From a virus (Duplodnaviria; Caudoviricetes), in the IMG/VR virus record IMGVR_UViG_3300030106_006201, positions 1,667 through 65,666 of that record: DNA of 64,000 nucleotides. The stretch is one strand, 5' to 3'. Both the position numbers and the translations under genes were made by a program. Of the stretch, positions 62,056 to 64,000 are shown one piece after another; within the stretch, counting starts at the first letter, position 1, and each line of letters opens with the position of its first letter. The notes beneath the pieces were generated by a model. It saw nothing but the letters and a program-made list of their open reading frames with translations, made no database searches and was not told the origin of the DNA.

Positions 62056-63191
62056 GGCCGGCGAAGTTGCGCCGCCTGTTGGCGCTGACGGCATCCGGCG
62101 CCATCCTGGCTGGCACCTGCACGGGCTGGGCAGCTCGCGCCGACACCGTGACGGGTGAAGGTGTGTTCATGCCACGCGGGTCGACGGCTAAGCAGTTCGG
62201 TGGCGCGTTCTGCCCCTGCGTCACGGTATCGTCGATGCCGACGAGCGTCCGCAGCCAGTCCGCCAAGTTGGACGCCGCTGTGATGGCCTCCGCGGGTCCG
62301 ACTGTGGTGGTGGCGTTTTCGCTGTCGGCGGTCGCGGCGGATGACATGGTTGCCGATTGGATCGCCGACCCCGCCACAGCCCCGGACCCGCAGCGGGTGT
62401 GGATTGTGACGACGGGTAATCCGTTGAACCGGTATGGCGGCACGCAGCGCGACCGGGCTGCAGCGATTCCCGCTGTGCAGCCCTACCGCCATCTGGACGT
62501 GGTGAACCAGTACGACTCCGTCGCCGACCGTCCCGCACGGTGGGGTTGGTATTCGCAGCGGGAACTCTCTTTGTCCCGACACCTCGCCTACGACGAAGTG
62601 GACATCAATGCCCCCGAGAACCTCGTCTACCGGGACGGCAACACCACCTACATGCTGGTGCCGGCGAAAGAGTTGCGGCAGCTGCGCGGGCTGCGGTTCC
62701 TGCGGGATATCGGCTGGGTGACGCCCGAACGGTACGACGAGCTCGACGCCGAACGTCGGACCCGCATCGAGGCCGACTACGACCGGCCCGCCTACATCGA
62801 GCAAGGCCCGGGCGCGGACTGGGGCAACGGCGTGGAGCCGGAGGTGTTGCGAGAACAGGAGATAGACGATGCTGAACTACGATCCGTTGACGACGCCGTA
62901 CAGGATGACGCTGCCACTGCCGAGCAAGTCGTGGACGACTCACCTCGGCGAAACGGTGTACCGAGCGAACCTGATCCCGATTCCCTCGACTCCGATCTTC
63001 AACTCGCTGATGACGGACCCGGTGAGGGAGACGATTCGGAAGCTTCGGACAGTGACGATGCCCGGGGTGGTGAAGCTGGCGTTCGCGAGCGCGTGGACAG
63101 CGGCGTAGAAGCAGCCGGTGACGGAGACCAGGACACCCCCGGCGACACCTCGGACTCCGCGGACAGCGAAGGCGGTGGTGGCGATGAGTGA
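62052..63191 (+). CDS. secreted PE-PPE-domain hydrolase-like protein with acidic tail
   Basis: Signal peptide; AFSLS, TGNPLNRYGG, QYDSVADRP, HLAY. Confidence 0.7.
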   Translation: MRPAKLRRLLALTASGAILAGTCTGWAARADTVTGEGVFMPRGSTAKQFGGAFCPCVTVSSMPTSVRSQSAKLDAAVMASAGPTVVVAFSLSAVAADDMVADWIADPATAPDPQRVWIVTTGNPLNRYGGTQRDRAAAIPAVQPYRHLDVVNQYDSVADRPARWGWYSQRELSLSRHLAYDEVDINAPENLVYRDGNTTYMLVPAKELRQLRGLRFLRDIGWVTPERYDELDAERRTRIEADYDRPAYIEQGPGADWGNGVEPEVLREQEIDDAELRSVDDAVQDDAATAEQVVDDSPRRNGVPSEPDPDSLDSDLQLADDGPGEGDDSEASDSDDARGGEAGVRERVDSGVEAAGDGDQDTPGDTSDSADSEGGGGDE

Positions 63192-63534
63192 CCCGTTTTG
63201 GCGGGAGCGTGCGGCGTGCCGCGACGCCGACCCCGACATGTTTTTCGATGCCGCCCACCGCGACGCCGCCCAGGCCGTGTGTGCCCGCTGCCCCGTCACC
63301 GACGAATGCCTGGCATCGCGGGGCGGCTGCGAAGGCATGTGGGGCGGGCAGGTGTTCAAACCGGAGGGCTACAAGTCGATCCCGGCGCCGTTCCTGGCCC
63401 CGGTCGGTCACGGCACAGCGGCCCGGCATCAGCAGCATTTGCGGGACAGGGAGAAGCCGTGCCGGGCGTGCACGGTCGCCGCGTTGGAGGCCCGCCATCA
63501 GCGGGCGGGGGAGAAGGTGCTCCGTGTTTCCTGA
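63184..63534 (+). CDS. whiB: WhiB family protein with C-terminal HGT..C..C motif
   Basis: WRERAAC..DPDMFF...VCARCPV..EC...GMWGG. Confidence 0.8.
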   Translation: MSDPFWRERAACRDADPDMFFDAAHRDAAQAVCARCPVTDECLASRGGCEGMWGGQVFKPEGYKSIPAPFLAPVGHGTAARHQQHLRDREKPCRACTVAALEARHQRAGEKVLRVS

Positions 63535-63739
63535 CGTAAATCGTGAGCATCCGTTGGATGCGGCGTGCCCGGGTTGTGGGTGCGCGATGTGGCTGCACAC
63601 CGAGCGGGGCTGTCTGACGGTGCGTTCGGTGCCGCGGTCCCGGAAGCGGGTGCGGCGGCCGGCTGCCCAAACAGCCGACCGCCCAGACATCAACCCAACA
63701 TCGAAAGGAAACAAAGCTGATGTCCGAAACCAACAATAA
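63524..63739 (+). CDS. hypothetical protein
   Basis: CPGCGC...H...C. Confidence 0.4.
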   Translation: MFPDVNREHPLDAACPGCGCAMWLHTERGCLTVRSVPRSRKRVRRPAAQTADRPDINPTSKGNKADVRNQQ

Positions 63740-64000
63740 CCCCACCATCGAGATTCGAAGTATCGGTGGGCGTGTGCTGTTCGTGTCCAGCAGGTCGAGT
63801 GTGCGGGTTGCTGTTGAGGAGGCTGTGGAGAAGCGCGCGGACCTCAGGGGCGCGGACCTCAGGGGCGCGGACCTCAGCGGCGCGGACCTCAGCGGCGCGG
63901 ACCTCAGCGGCGCGGACCTCAGCGGCGCGGACCTCAGCGACGCGATCTGCCTCAGCGGCGCGTACCTCAGCGGCGCGGACCTCAGCGGCGCGGACCTCAG
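63720..64000 (+). CDS. pentapeptide repeat protein (3' truncated by window edge)
   Basis: AAAGGA SD; ADLRG/ADLSG repeats encoded by 15-bp tandem repeats. Confidence 0.88.
   Translation, partial: MSETNNNPTIEIRSIGGRVLFVSSRSSVRVAVEEAVEKRADLRGADLRGADLSGADLSGADLSGADLSGADLSDAICLSGAYLSGADLSGADL

Noticed and set aside
63836-64000. Tandem repeats as a possible CRISPR array
   Set aside because: 15-bp units with no spacers that code for pentapeptide repeats.

Overview
This window is 64 kb of a GC-rich, siphovirus-type actinobacteriophage or prophage. It is almost certainly a mycobacteriophage (LysA/LysB, WhiB, PE-PPE-like hydrolases, DUF732, Rpf domain in the tape measure protein). Gene order: recombination/replication/methylation module (YqaJ-RecT, intein-containing SNF2 helicase, HNH, amino-MTase, beta-clamp, initiator, C5-MTase; 1-16 kb); terminase, portal and MuF/protease; a leftward accessory operon plus one divergent gene inserted before the capsid gene (26-31.3 kb); capsid, holin, tail, tape measure, minor tails and tailspike (31.9-57.3 kb); lysA-HNH-lysB; small accessory genes ending in a pentapeptide-repeat gene. 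The standout is a dual-coding intein. The helicase intein has no in-frame endonuclease. Instead, a complete Vsr/DUF559-type nuclease with its own Shine-Dalgarno is overprinted in the +1 frame entirely inside it. Other recoding signals: a nested +1-frame ORF and an (AC)8 tract in the C5-MTase, an A7 -1 frameshift in an HNH gene, a displaced tail-chaperone pair with a candidate -1 shift, internal in-frame starts, many leaderless promoters, and a recurring GTGATCAC operator-like motif. All family assignments come from motif recognition by eye, not from database searches. No tRNA, CRISPR array or integrase was seen.
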